Shown: positions 27,023-36,748, counted from the first letter of the stretch. The stretch: DNA of 64,000 bases from Candidatus Woesebacteria bacterium (GCA_013426185.1 CP058602.1:399123-463122); one strand, 5' to 3'. The notes: generated by a model from the sequence alone, not told the origin. Numbers and translations: made by a program.

Positions 27023-27190
27023 ATGGAAAGAAAATTAGAATGTAAAAAAGGTCAAGATAGCCAAGACAAAGAAAAAGTAATCAAACCCAAGGAACCAATA
27101 AACGGCACAAAACCTATTGAGATACCTCGTAAACCAGAATGTGAGAAAAAACACATCACCCAAGATGGAAAAAGAAAATCTCAATCATGA
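27023..27190 (+). CDS. small Lys-rich hypothetical protein (55 aa)
   Basis: Open frame ATG 27023 to TGA 27190 directly after rarA. Confidence 0.4.
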   Translation: MERKLECKKGQDSQDKEKVIKPKEPINGTKPIEIPRKPECEKKHITQDGKRKSQS

Positions 27191-27220
27191 ATCTTCAACA
27201 CCTGGTTTTGAAATCTGCTA

Positions 27221-27865
27221 TTGCCACCTTCAAAATCAAGATATACAATTTTCTCTACTATGATTACCGAAGTTTTCTTTGATGTTGAAACAAAAACTTT
27301 TTTTGATGAATCCGGAGCCTCAAAACCTGAAGAATTGGGTATTTCTATAGTCTCTCTATACAGAAGAACCCTTGACGAAAATCTAAATGAAAAAGAAGGA
27401 AAAATGTACAGCTTTTGGGAAAATGAAATATCTCAAATGTGGAACCTATTTCTTGACGCTCAAAGAATTATTGGTTTTAACAGCATTAGGTTTGATTTGC
27501 CAGCCTTAAAACCTTACAGTCCGCCATTCTTCCCCAAACTTCCACACTTTGATATTTTACAAGAAGTGAAAAAAGTGTTCGGCAAAAGAGTTTCTCTTGA
27601 TAACATAGGTCGAGAGACTCTGGGTATAACCAAGATAGATAATGGGGCAAACGCAGTTCTTTACTTCCAAAAAGGAGACGGCAAAAGCCTCTCGCTCCTT
27701 AAAAAATATTGTGAAGCTGATGTTGACCTAACACGTAGAATTTATGATTTTGCTCTGAAAAACAAGAAATTAAGATTTAAAGATCACTGGAACAATCCGC
27801 AAGAGATAGAGGTAGACTTTTCATACAGCAAAAATTCAAAAGACAATCAGCTTGGTTTATTTTGA
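27221..27865 (+). CDS. RNase H-like / DEDD 3'-5' exonuclease domain protein
   Basis: FFDVET, IGFNSIRFDLP, YCEADV; true start probably about 27260. Confidence 0.85.
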   Translation: MPPSKSRYTIFSTMITEVFFDVETKTFFDESGASKPEELGISIVSLYRRTLDENLNEKEGKMYSFWENEISQMWNLFLDAQRIIGFNSIRFDLPALKPYSPPFFPKLPHFDILQEVKKVFGKRVSLDNIGRETLGITKIDNGANAVLYFQKGDGKSLSLLKKYCEADVDLTRRIYDFALKNKKLRFKDHWNNPQEIEVDFSYSKNSKDNQLGLF

Positions 27866-28417
27866 ATGAATATAATAAAAATAAAACCACTACTTCCAGC
27901 TTCCTCAGGAGCACTTGTATTCTTTAGAGGAAAAATCTTGCTAATTAAAAGAGATAACAAACCTAATATTCCTCATCCTGATATGTGGTCTATTCCTGGC
28001 GGTCAAGTTGAAAAAGGAGAAAGTTTTGATGAAGCTCTAAAAAGGGAATTGCAAGAAGAAATTGGAATAATTCCTAAGAGGTATAAACTACTGGGTTTCC
28101 TTAAAGTAAAAACAGACAAAGTAAAAAGAGCTATCTATTTAATAAAAATAAGCAGAGAAGAATTCAAAAAAGCTAAACTGGGCAATGAAGGGCAAGAAAT
28201 GAAATGGTTCAGACCTGATGAGATAAAAGACTTAAATGCGGTACCTCAAGTGAGAGATTTCTTCCGAAAAAATGCTGGGGTATTAAGCATGCTAATAAAA
28301 GACTGTACAAAAATTGAGGAATTGAAAAATTCTCTTAAAACGAAAATAAGAAAGGATACAGAATTTGTGTTATTTGATTTCAAAAACAACAGTAACAGTC
28401 TTGGAAACAACTCCTGA
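27866..28417 (+). CDS. NUDIX hydrolase
   Basis: GGQVEKGESFDEALKRELQEEIG Nudix box. Confidence 0.9.
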   Translation: MNIIKIKPLLPASSGALVFFRGKILLIKRDNKPNIPHPDMWSIPGGQVEKGESFDEALKRELQEEIGIIPKRYKLLGFLKVKTDKVKRAIYLIKISREEFKKAKLGNEGQEMKWFRPDEIKDLNAVPQVRDFFRKNAGVLSMLIKDCTKIEELKNSLKTKIRKDTEFVLFDFKNNSNSLGNNS

Positions 28418-29155
28418 CCCTGGTTCAATAGGCATTCCCCCTCCTCCTCCCATATTACTCCTTAAATATGGAACTACTGGACTTGATGAGTATCCTTCAG
28501 ACACATTAAGTATTCCCCCCAACTTTTTTCCAGACAAATCAGCAATCTTCTGCGCCTTACTTCTTGCGTTTTCAATAGCATCTTTAATAAGTAACTCTTC
28601 AACTTCCTTTGTGTCATCAAAAGAAAAATTTGGACCGTAAACATTTGTCGCTCCAGTCTGGGTTAGAACTTTTGATAGTTCTGAAGCTCTGTCAACATTC
28701 CTCAAGATAATGCTAACATTATTGCTAACGCGCCACTGGCCAGGTCTCGTTTTTTGTCTGCCCTCCTCCCAATAAGATTCCTCTTGCTGATATATGTTTA
28801 GATTTTCCGTCTTAATATCAGATCTCTCAATTCCAAACTTCAAAACAGCATTAATTATTCCTTCTACCTTTTGATTTACAGAATTAACTGCCTCATCCTT
28901 ATTGTCAGATACCGCCGAAACGCCTGCTGTAAAAGTAGCGATCTGTGTTTTTTCCTTACTTTCAGCAGTTCCAGTAACAACGATGGTTGAAGGCTGTGCC
29001 AATTCAATTTTGCCCCATTTAATATCTTTCCAGGGTAAAAAATAAAAAGCAGCTAAAAGCAAACCTAAGACAAAAACGGAAACAAACAAATTGGAAAGAA
29101 AAGAAGAACTCTTCGCTTGAGTCTGTTTCACTTGGACAGGATTATTTTCTTCCAC
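28370..29155 (-). CDS. SIMPL (DUF541) domain protein
   Basis: IVVTGTAE, AIENARSKAQKIA, IEPG...VTVVFEI; N-terminal TM. Confidence 0.85.
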   Translation of the reverse strand: MEENNPVQVKQTQAKSSSFLSNLFVSVFVLGLLLAAFYFLPWKDIKWGKIELAQPSTIVVTGTAESKEKTQIATFTAGVSAVSDNKDEAVNSVNQKVEGIINAVLKFGIERSDIKTENLNIYQQEESYWEEGRQKTRPGQWRVSNNVSIILRNVDRASELSKVLTQTGATNVYGPNFSFDDTKEVEELLIKDAIENARSKAQKIADLSGKKLGGILNVSEGYSSSPVVPYLRSNMGGGGGMPIEPGSGVVSKTVTVVFEIK

Positions 29156-29210
29156 ATTTATATCCTAGAAAGAAAGGCTGCGAGTGTCAAGACGCAATCT
29201 AAAAAAGATC

Positions 29211-29480
29211 TTAAAACGGAGTTTGTTCTTCAAGAGAATCATCTCCCAATTCCTCTTCGTTCACACCACTTGGCAACTCTTCCAAATCACGAAACTCATT
29301 TTTAATCTCATGAATTTCGTTTTCTATCTCCTCAAGCCTCTTCTTAATTCTTCTTGAAAGCTCAAGGCCTCGCCTAAACTTAGGTGTCGCCTCCTCAAGC
29401 GAAATTTTGCCCGATTCAAATTCTTCAGTCAACTTGGTTAATTCCTCAAAATCAGACTTTAGTGTCCCTTTTTTATTCAT
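29211..29480 (-). CDS. xseB: exodeoxyribonuclease VII small subunit
   Basis: FEEL..LTEEFESGKISLEEA...FRRG; follows xseA. Confidence 0.9.
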   Translation of the reverse strand: MNKKGTLKSDFEELTKLTEEFESGKISLEEATPKFRRGLELSRRIKKRLEEIENEIHEIKNEFRDLEELPSGVNEEELGDDSLEEQTPF

Positions 29481-30742
29481 AATTTTTCAAGTTTTAACAC
29501 CTCCGATGCTATTTTACCATCAACAAAGTTAGTTGTAATCAGTGAATTTTTAGAGACACTTTTAATTGATCTGACAAGTTTGCCATTTTCATCAAAAGTA
29601 AGACTAAAACCTCGTGCCAAAGTCTTCTTTATATCAAATGAGTGAAAATATCTGATTAGACTCAAGATCGCTTCTTTCTGTTTCAAAAACAAATAATTGC
29701 AGGCATTGTAGAGTCTCGTTTTTAATACTTTATTTTCTTTTCCTAAATTCAAAATCCGTGACTTTAATAGATTAAACTGGCTAAGCATTTTATCCTTTAC
29801 TCTTGTCACAAGATAGATTTGATAAGAAATAGCCTTTTCCAAAATTGAGACTCTCTTTCTTAAATCGTTTTTGGTATCAGCAAGCCTCTGCTTAATAAAA
29901 TTGTCTATAATTTTCAGGAAATAATTAACATCACTTAAGATCTCATTTCTTGTTTTGACCAAAAGCTCGGCTGCATTTGAAGGAGTAGAAGCTCGCAAAT
30001 CAGAAACCAAATCGGCAATGGTAAGATCATCCTCATGTCCCACCCCACAAACAACCGGGATTTTGCTTGAAAAAATAGCCCTAGCCAGCCTTTCGTCATT
30101 AAAAGACTGCAAATCCTCAAGCGAACCACCCCCACGAACCAAAACCAAAGCATCAAGGTCGGGCATCTTTTGATTGAAATAATTAAAAGCAGAAACAATA
30201 GAATCAACAGAGTCTCTTCCCTGAACCAAGACTGGATAAAAATATATTTTTATGCCGCCAATTCTTTCTCTTAACACCTTGACAAAATCATTGAAAGCGC
30301 GAGAAGAGGGTGCAGTAATAAGTCCTATATTTTCAGGAAAAGGAGTAATTTTCCTTTTTCTTGCCTCATCAAAAAGCCCTTCTGACGACAATTTTTCTTT
30401 CAACTTTTCAAAAGCGAGCCTCAAAGCTCCTTCACCAGCCGGTACTATTTTAGTCGCATAAAGACTGAATTTCCCAGTTTTCTGGTACAACCGAGGGATT
30501 CCATAAATATGAACCATCATTCCAGCCTCCAAAACAGAATAACCTGAGATTTGATAAGTGACAGCAAAAACATCAAGACTTGAAGTATCATCTTTAACAG
30601 TCAAAAAAAGCCACTTATTCTGGCTAACTTTAATTTCAGCAATCTCACCTTCAACTACAACTTCACCAACACCAGAAAGATAAATATTGATAAACTCATT
30701 AAACTCACTAACTTTAAAAACCTTTTCTTCTATTTCTTTCAT
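29477..30742 (-). CDS. xseA: exodeoxyribonuclease VII large subunit
   Basis: VEGEI, GEGAL, RGGGSLEDL..FNDE, GVGHEDD, RASTPS. Confidence 0.95.
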   Translation of the reverse strand: MKEIEEKVFKVSEFNEFINIYLSGVGEVVVEGEIAEIKVSQNKWLFLTVKDDTSSLDVFAVTYQISGYSVLEAGMMVHIYGIPRLYQKTGKFSLYATKIVPAGEGALRLAFEKLKEKLSSEGLFDEARKRKITPFPENIGLITAPSSRAFNDFVKVLRERIGGIKIYFYPVLVQGRDSVDSIVSAFNYFNQKMPDLDALVLVRGGGSLEDLQSFNDERLARAIFSSKIPVVCGVGHEDDLTIADLVSDLRASTPSNAAELLVKTRNEILSDVNYFLKIIDNFIKQRLADTKNDLRKRVSILEKAISYQIYLVTRVKDKMLSQFNLLKSRILNLGKENKVLKTRLYNACNYLFLKQKEAILSLIRYFHSFDIKKTLARGFSLTFDENGKLVRSIKSVSKNSLITTNFVDGKIASEVLKLEKL

Positions 30743-30786
30743 TCCTAAAGTATAATCACACAAAGACAATTTTTAATCAAGAGAAT

Positions 30787-30996
30787 ATGACAAATGAAAG
30801 ACTAGAACAGATTATAAAATTTGCTGAAGGATTAAAACAAAATCCAAAAGGCAAAGATCTATTAAAAGGGGCCATAGAAAACGTGAGAGAATTGCTAAAA
30901 AATGGAGAGCCTGTAGAAAGAACACTTGAGAGTTTGGAACAAGTGCAAAAGACTTTCGATTCAATACCAACAAAGGGAAAAGAAAGAAATAACTAA
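30787..30996 (+). CDS. hypothetical protein
   Basis: Short helical ORF in an intergenic gap. Confidence 0.5.
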   Translation: MTNERLEQIIKFAEGLKQNPKGKDLLKGAIENVRELLKNGEPVERTLESLEQVQKTFDSIPTKGKERNN

Positions 30997-30998
30997 AA

Positions 30999-31277
30999 CT
31001 AAACTCGCCCAAAAGCTTTCTTCAACTCAATCTTTGCTTCTTCAAGTATCTTTCTTCGCTCAAGTGGCAATCTTTTTCCGGCTCGATTGATATAGAAATT
31101 AAGCATACTCATTGCTGATTGATAAGGCGTTTTTGCCTTGCTGCGTATTGAATTTTCAGCTGATTCTTTTAAAGAAAGGGCAATCTTTTTGGGATCATTC
31201 CAAGTAAAAACCCCTTCTTCAAGATCAAGAGCAATAGAAGTCTTTGTCACTTTCTCCGACCAGTTCCGCGAAGTCAT
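30999..31277 (-). CDS. DUF3175 family protein
   Basis: WSEKVT..S.ALDLEEGVF..DPKKIALSLK...SAMSMLNFYINRAG. Confidence 0.85.
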   Translation of the reverse strand: MTSRNWSEKVTKTSIALDLEEGVFTWNDPKKIALSLKESAENSIRSKAKTPYQSAMSMLNFYINRAGKRLPLERRKILEEAKIELKKAFGRV

Positions 31278-31302
31278 ACCTAAACTAATTTTACACCTTT
31301 TG

Positions 31303-31338
31303 GACAAGGTCCGAATTGACAAGGTCCGTCCTTGTCAA
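31303..31338. repeat. REP-like palindrome (inverted copy of the 25691 element)
   Basis: TTGACAAGGTCCGTCCTTGTCAA at 31316-31338 plus a half copy just upstream. Confidence 0.7.
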
Positions 31339-31347
31339 TCCCATAAT

Positions 31348-31914
31348 TTATTCCCTACAACAATCTATCGCTTTTTTGACTAGCTGTCCCATCTTCTCAA
31401 AAATACTAGCAGAACCTTGAACTTCAGGTTTTTTATCTTCGCTCAAGAATTCAATCTTCTTATTTTTCGTTGTTTTAATATCAGAAACACCAACCACACC
31501 AAGATTCAAACCCCAAAAAAGAGAATAAAGCTGATAGGATTTTTGGAACATGTCTTCTGCCTCGCTTCTCTCTCCTTTTGTCAAAGCCTTTGTGCCAACT
31601 TCCAGCAAACGCATCGAGGCAGAAAGTAAATGCTTACTAATACACCAAACCTCACCTTCATAATCCTTGATAATCCTTTTCAAAAGAGATTTTCTCATCT
31701 CGCGAACTTCATCTAAAAGATCAAGATACTTCTTATTTTTTGTCTTGTTATAGGTAAAAAATAAGTGCTCTTCAATCGAGATTAAATTCATAATTCCAAT
31801 TGAAAGATCCTCGTCTGAAGATAAATCAAGCTTTTCGCCTTTTTCCATTTCCTTCACTTTTTCCAAAAACTTATTTATATCAACCTCCATCTTTTTGCCT
31901 TTCATAAGATTCAC
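31348..31914 (-). CDS. conserved hypothetical protein (WCISKH, C-terminal CC)
   Basis: Last gene of the ArsR operon; EDLSIGIMNLISIEEH, DCCRE. Confidence 0.7.
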   Translation of the reverse strand: MNLMKGKKMEVDINKFLEKVKEMEKGEKLDLSSDEDLSIGIMNLISIEEHLFFTYNKTKNKKYLDLLDEVREMRKSLLKRIIKDYEGEVWCISKHLLSASMRLLEVGTKALTKGERSEAEDMFQKSYQLYSLFWGLNLGVVGVSDIKTTKNKKIEFLSEDKKPEVQGSASIFEKMGQLVKKAIDCCRE

Positions 31915-31920
31915 CTCCTT

Positions 31921-32433
31921 TTACAAGGTTAACAAATAAAAAATAAAACTGGTCAAAGTAAGCAAAAAAACAGGAACTATAACTTTCTGATAATAAATAA
32001 AGACCTTGCCATTATTTTTATTTCTTAGCCATCTGTCAAGCCAAACTCCAAGAAGAAAAACAAAAGAACCAAATAGTATTCCCAATAAAATTTTATCAAC
32101 ACCCCAAAAAGTATTGCCATTTATTCCAATAAAGTGGGACCAATAAAGAGGAGGAATTACAAAAACAAACATCAAAAAAGTAGAAATAAAATCTAGATGA
32201 CGAATTTTTATCCCCTTTTTACCTATAAAGTCAGATAACCAAAACCCGCTTGAAAGAATAAGTCCACCTATCCAAACTCCAACAACAGTATCATCTATCC
32301 CCAGCCATCTTGAAATTCCAAGCCCAGCACCAACCGCAACTGTACAAACAGGACAAACTGCCAATACGGGTTTGGAAAAGACAAAAAATGGCAAAAATAA
32401 AGTCAAGAAAAAGAAAACAAATCGCATAATCAT
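31921..32433 (-). CDS. membrane protein with CPVC motif
   Basis: AVCPVCTVAVGAGLG followed by TM helices. Confidence 0.75.
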   Translation of the reverse strand: MIMRFVFFFLTLFLPFFVFSKPVLAVCPVCTVAVGAGLGISRWLGIDDTVVGVWIGGLILSSGFWLSDFIGKKGIKIRHLDFISTFLMFVFVIPPLYWSHFIGINGNTFWGVDKILLGILFGSFVFLLGVWLDRWLRNKNNGKVFIYYQKVIVPVFLLTLTSFIFYLLTL

Positions 32434-32885
32434 TTTGAAAGAGTAGAGCTCTCACTTGCCGCCTTTAATTTTTCAGAAAAATAATCAATGATATCAGGGG
32501 TTCCAATTAAGCATTTCCCTTCAGGTGTATAAAGAAAAGGAACTCCAATTGAATTTGTACTAATTCCGCATCTCTGAGCCACTTGAGAAAGCTCAAAAGC
32601 ATTAGTTCTATTATCATAGACTTCTTTTTTGATAACCTTAACTTTCTCCTCAAGCTTATTTTCTTTCATCCACCCCTCGACATCAGCGCAATGAGGGCAG
32701 GTATTGCCGTAATAAAAAATTGGATCGCCATTATTTTTCGCTTCATCCGGAGTTTTTGTTTCAATAGTATCTTGAGAATTCTTAACCTGGCTAGTCTTTT
32801 TACCTTGGCTTCCCCAGACAATAGCAGCTAGCATTCCAGCTGTTAGTAAGATAACAAGCAAGGTAACAATAACCGTTTGCTTCAT
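32430..32885 (-). CDS. membrane-anchored thioredoxin/glutaredoxin-fold protein
   Basis: YYGNTCPHC, GVPFL. Confidence 0.85.
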   Translation of the reverse strand: MKQTVIVTLLVILLTAGMLAAIVWGSQGKKTSQVKNSQDTIETKTPDEAKNNGDPIFYYGNTCPHCADVEGWMKENKLEEKVKVIKKEVYDNRTNAFELSQVAQRCGISTNSIGVPFLYTPEGKCLIGTPDIIDYFSEKLKAASESSTLSK

Positions 32886-32890
32886 AGCCT

Positions 32891-33886
32891 TTAGATTTTA
32901 ACAGAAAAGAAATTAAACAGGTAGCCTATTAAGATAATTCCCAAAGTGACCATAGCAAAAAAACTAACAAGCAGCTTTGTTTTCATCGCCCGCTTTAAAA
33001 TCAAGGCTTCCGGCAAAGACAAACCAACAGTTGCCATCATAAAAGCAAGAGCTGTGCCAAAAGGAACCCCTTTTTGAACCAAAGCTTCCATAACAGGTAT
33101 GACACCAACTGCATTTGAATATAAAGGCACCGCTAAAATAGAGGCTAAAGGAACAGACCAAAAACTGCTATTCCTTAAATACTTCTCAAAAAAACCAACA
33201 GGCACAAAACCATGAATTAGAGCTCCCAAGCCAACACCAATTAAAACATAAACAAAAATTTTCCTTGTCAGACTCCATCCCTCCAACCAAAATTGCTTCA
33301 AAAGAACAAGTAAAGGTAATTTTTTTGTCTTGATCTCCAATCTTTGGTTTAGCTTTCCATTTTCAATAACCTTTCTTATAGTTTCATCTATTTCTTTATC
33401 AAGTCCCATCTTACCCAAAAAAAAGCCTCCTATCATCCCCAAAACAACACCTGAAAAAACATAGAGCAAAGTTATCTTCAAACCAAAAAGGCCAATAAAA
33501 ACTGCAATTGAGGCCTCATTCACAAGAGGAGAGGTAATTAAAAAAGCAAGTGTCACACCAAGAGGAATTCCTGACGAGAGAAAACCAACAAAAAGAGGTA
33601 TAGAAGAACAGGAACAAAAAGGAGTAATCACCCCAAAAGCTGAAGCTAAAAAGTAATCAAAACCATACCATCGTCTTTTGGTTAGAAAATCGCGAATTTT
33701 CTCAGTTGGAATAAAGTAGCGAATAATCGCCATTAAATAATTGATAACAAGAAGTAAAATAAAGATCTTAACTGAATCATAAATAAAAAAGTTTAAACTT
33801 TGAGCCAAATGAGTATTCTCCTTAAGGCCGAGAAGACTAAAGGTCAAAAAATCAAAAATTTTTTGTAAAGGGTAGAAAATATCCAT
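32891..33886 (-). CDS. ArsP/DUF318 permease
   Basis: TPFCSCSSIP, FLITSPLVNE, GLSLPE. Confidence 0.9.
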   Translation of the reverse strand: MDIFYPLQKIFDFLTFSLLGLKENTHLAQSLNFFIYDSVKIFILLLVINYLMAIIRYFIPTEKIRDFLTKRRWYGFDYFLASAFGVITPFCSCSSIPLFVGFLSSGIPLGVTLAFLITSPLVNEASIAVFIGLFGLKITLLYVFSGVVLGMIGGFFLGKMGLDKEIDETIRKVIENGKLNQRLEIKTKKLPLLVLLKQFWLEGWSLTRKIFVYVLIGVGLGALIHGFVPVGFFEKYLRNSSFWSVPLASILAVPLYSNAVGVIPVMEALVQKGVPFGTALAFMMATVGLSLPEALILKRAMKTKLLVSFFAMVTLGIILIGYLFNFFSVKI

Positions 33887-33906
33887 AAAAACAAAATTCT
33901 AGAAAA

Positions 33907-34155
33907 TCAAGAATTTTCCTGAATTATTTTCTTTATCTCTTCAGTATCCGGTGTAAATCCAACCATCACAGGTTTGCCATCAATCACGAGAACCGGAGAT
34001 TGCATTATTCCAAACTCAATTATCTTTTGAATTCCCTCCTGTCCACTAATATACTCAACCTCATCTTTAATCCCCAATTCAGAAGCAGCCACTTTAGCAG
34101 CTTCCCATAAATTCCTGCAGGTTGAGCACCCAGAACCCAAAACTTGGATTTTCAT
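33907..34155 (-). CDS. small redox-active disulfide protein (Thioredoxin_3 type)
   Basis: KIQVLGSGCSTC, GIMQSPVLVIDG. Confidence 0.9.
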   Translation of the reverse strand: MKIQVLGSGCSTCRNLWEAAKVAASELGIKDEVEYISGQEGIQKIIEFGIMQSPVLVIDGKPVMVGFTPDTEEIKKIIQENS

Positions 34156-34433
34156 ACTTCCACCTCCCCCAAAATCTGAACAACCTTCTGTCCCTTTCTT
34201 GTTAAGGAATAATATGTCCTTGGGCCAACTTCTCTACCTTTAATAAGACCAAAATCCTTAAGGTCTGCAATGTGATGAGAAATTAAGCTTTGAGATAATT
34301 TTGTAGATTTGACCAAATCACAAACGCAATTTTCTTTTTTTGAGAGCTCTTTTAAAAGTCTTAATCGATTTTCTTCAGATAAGATTTTAAGAAAGAATGA
34401 CAATTTCCGACAATTATATGAACCCATATTCAT
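34152..34433 (-). CDS. ArsR/SmtB transcriptional regulator
   Basis: KILSEENRLRLL...CVCDL...SQSLISHH. Confidence 0.9.
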   Translation of the reverse strand: MNMGSYNCRKLSFFLKILSEENRLRLLKELSKKENCVCDLVKSTKLSQSLISHHIADLKDFGLIKGREVGPRTYYSLTRKGQKVVQILGEVEV

Positions 34434-34437
34434 ATAT

Positions 34438-34463
34438 CATAGTACTTTTGAATACTATGTCAA
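34438..34463 (-). promoter_or_regulatory. putative ArsR operator overlapping the promoter
   Basis: Palindrome CATAGTA-N8-TACTATG (34438-34459) overlapping TTGACA (34463-34458) just before the arsR start. Confidence 0.55.
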
Positions 34464-34519
34464 GAAGCAAAAGGTCCTCTTTTTTCAAAAAAAAAGAGGA
34501 CCTTTCAAGAGAAGTAAAA

Positions 34520-34684
34520 CTACTTTCCCAAACGAGCAGCGTCTGCAGCACTTAAAATCTTGAAAAGCTTCATTCCGTCAACTTCAGCCTTTGCTGCTTT
34601 TTTACCATTCTTCATGGTAACAACAGTCACCTGACTATCAGGGACTTCAACGGTTGATCTTGTCTTAACGTTATAGAATTTCAA
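34520..34684 (-). CDS. small basic protein, DUF5679/CC1-like (Cys-free)
   Basis: TTG start after SD GGGGGTGA; MKFYNVKTRSTVEV...MKNGKKAAKAEVDGMKLFKIL. Confidence 0.7.
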   Translation of the reverse strand: MKFYNVKTRSTVEVPDSQVTVVTMKNGKKAAKAEVDGMKLFKILSAADAARLGK

Positions 34685-34804
34685 TTTACTCACCCCCTTG
34701 CTCTCAAAGCTAACTAGCCTTAAACTAATACAAACTTCAAGCTTTGTCAAGAAGTAAAGCTAAACAAGCTTGAAAAGGGAGACAAAAATGCTATTATAAG
34801 GATT

Positions 34805-35002
34805 ATGGCAGAAAAAGGCGAAAATCCTTTAAAACTCCCAAAAAGAAAGATTTCTGAAGATGAAGCCAATTATTATGCAAGATCAGGCGGAAGTGGAGGA
34901 AAAAGCCTAGAAGTTCCAACTTTTATGAGAGAGGAGCAAGAAAAAATTAAAAGTCTACCCAAAGCAAAAACGCCTCAAGAAAAAGATATTTCCAAAAACT
35001 AA
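34805..35002 (+). CDS. hypothetical protein
   Basis: ORF preceded by a TGCTATTAT -10-like element. Confidence 0.5.
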   Translation: MAEKGENPLKLPKRKISEDEANYYARSGGSGGKSLEVPTFMREEQEKIKSLPKAKTPQEKDISKN

Positions 35003-35005
35003 ATT

Positions 35006-35230
35006 TTGAAAATTAAAAGCTCAAGTAGAATGAAAGAAGAAGAAATTTGCCTAAATTTTGAAAATATTAAAGCTGCCGGCAAGACTAAATTAGCCCGCTG
35101 CCCATACATTGAAAGTTGCGATGGTAAGACTTGCGATTTTACTAGAGAGTCAAAAAAAGAACTAAAAGAAGACCTAGAACAAGAAAAAGCTATTCTTGCT
35201 TGGCAGTTAAGTCTAAATAAGAGAAACTAA
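35006..35230 (+). CDS. hypothetical Cys-containing protein
   Basis: C...CP...C....C pattern; start possibly 35030. Confidence 0.45.
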   Translation: MKIKSSSRMKEEEICLNFENIKAAGKTKLARCPYIESCDGKTCDFTRESKKELKEDLEQEKAILAWQLSLNKRN

Positions 35231-35280
35231 ACCTATTTATTTCGGCTTTCTATAAAAGAGAGTAGAGCAAAAAAATCAAG

Positions 35281-35976
35281 ATGAAAACCCTTTTAGAAGT
35301 CAAAAACCTAAAAATAAACCTTGACGAAAACAACATCGTTAAAGATCTATCATTTCAACTTAAAGAAGGAGAAATATTAACAATTCTTGGCCCAAACGGA
35401 TCTGGAAAGAGCGTCTTGATTAAAACTCTACTCGGAATTTTTCCATACGAAGGAGAAATAATCTGGCACAAAAAGCCAAAAATAGGGTATCTACCTCAAA
35501 ATCTAAATCAAATTGGCCTCAAAAATTATCCCCTGACAGTATTTGACTTTTTCAAACTCAAAAACGAAAGACTTACAAAAAAAGAAATGATCAAATATCT
35601 AGAAATTGTGGGGCTTAAAGAAGAAATTTTGGACAAAACTGTAGGAGTCCTCTCTGGGGGAGAGTTTCAAAGAGTGTTAATAGCCTGGGTCTTAATATCA
35701 AAACCAGAGCTCGTATTTTTTGATGAACCAACATCAGGAATTGATCTTTCAAAAGAAGAGACTATCTACTCTCTTCTTAAAAAAATAAAGGAAAAAGAAA
35801 ATTTAACCATAATCCTGATAACACACGACTTGAGTGTTATTTACAAATACTCAGACAATGTTTTGTATCTAACACACAAAAAACATTTCTGCTACGGCAA
35901 GCCTAAAGAAATATTAAAAGAAGGAAATCTAAAAGAAATCTACGGAGAAAATATTGGAATTTATAAGCACAAATAA
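35281..35976 (+). CDS. Zn/Mn ABC transporter ATP-binding protein (ZnuC-like)
   Basis: GPNGSGKS, IGYLPQ, LSGGEFQR, DEPTSGID, ITHDL. Confidence 0.9.
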   Translation: MKTLLEVKNLKINLDENNIVKDLSFQLKEGEILTILGPNGSGKSVLIKTLLGIFPYEGEIIWHKKPKIGYLPQNLNQIGLKNYPLTVFDFFKLKNERLTKKEMIKYLEIVGLKEEILDKTVGVLSGGEFQRVLIAWVLISKPELVFFDEPTSGIDLSKEETIYSLLKKIKEKENLTIILITHDLSVIYKYSDNVLYLTHKKHFCYGKPKEILKEGNLKEIYGENIGIYKHK

Positions 35977-35977
35977 T

Positions 35978-36748
35978 ATGGAGCAAGCCATACTTACAAT
36001 AACAAGCGCAATTTTTATAAGCTCAGCTGCTGCCTATCTTGGAACTCTTATGCTTTCAAGGAAGATGTCTGTCACAGCTGACCCTTTGGCACACCTTGCC
36101 TTTCCCGGAGTAACATTGGCTCTAATTCTTGGAATTGAAATCTCGTTTGGCATCTTCCCTTTTATAATCATCGGCGCTTTATTAATTTGGCTTCTTGAAA
36201 AAAGAACCAAACTCCCCTTTGAAAATCTTTCAGCCGTTATTTTTGCAATAGGCGTTGGAACAGCCTTAGTTTTTTTGCCTATTGAAAAAGCTGAAGAAGC
36301 TCTTGTTGGTGTAATTGATAATATCACACTAAGCGAGACACTTTTTATAACTCTCACATCTCTAACCTCTATTGTCCTGACAAGAAAAATATATTCCAAA
36401 ATTATGCTAATTAATATTGACGAAGAACTGGCAACAGCAGAAAAAATAAATGTAAGCAAATACAACTTAATTTATCTTTTAAACATTGCCCTTGTCATAG
36501 GACTTGGGGTTTACTTGGTTGGGGGATTGATTACTGCCGCTTTAGTTGCAATACCTGCTGCAACCTCAAGAAATTTAAGTAAAAATCTATCTTCATACCA
36601 AACAATGTCTGTTATATTTGGAATTTTATCTTCTATAACAGGTATAACCACTGCTCACCTGACAAATTTGCCTACAGGACCGATGATAATTGTAGCAAAC
36701 GCTATTTTATTTATTCTCTCTCTTGCCTTCTCAAGAAAGAGGAGTTAG
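35978..36748 (+). CDS. Zn/Mn ABC transporter permease (ZnuB-like)
   Basis: ADPLAHLAFPG, ALVAIPAATSR, PTGPMII. Confidence 0.9.
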   Translation: MEQAILTITSAIFISSAAAYLGTLMLSRKMSVTADPLAHLAFPGVTLALILGIEISFGIFPFIIIGALLIWLLEKRTKLPFENLSAVIFAIGVGTALVFLPIEKAEEALVGVIDNITLSETLFITLTSLTSIVLTRKIYSKIMLINIDEELATAEKINVSKYNLIYLLNIALVIGLGVYLVGGLITAALVAIPAATSRNLSKNLSSYQTMSVIFGILSSITGITTAHLTNLPTGPMIIVANAILFILSLAFSRKRS

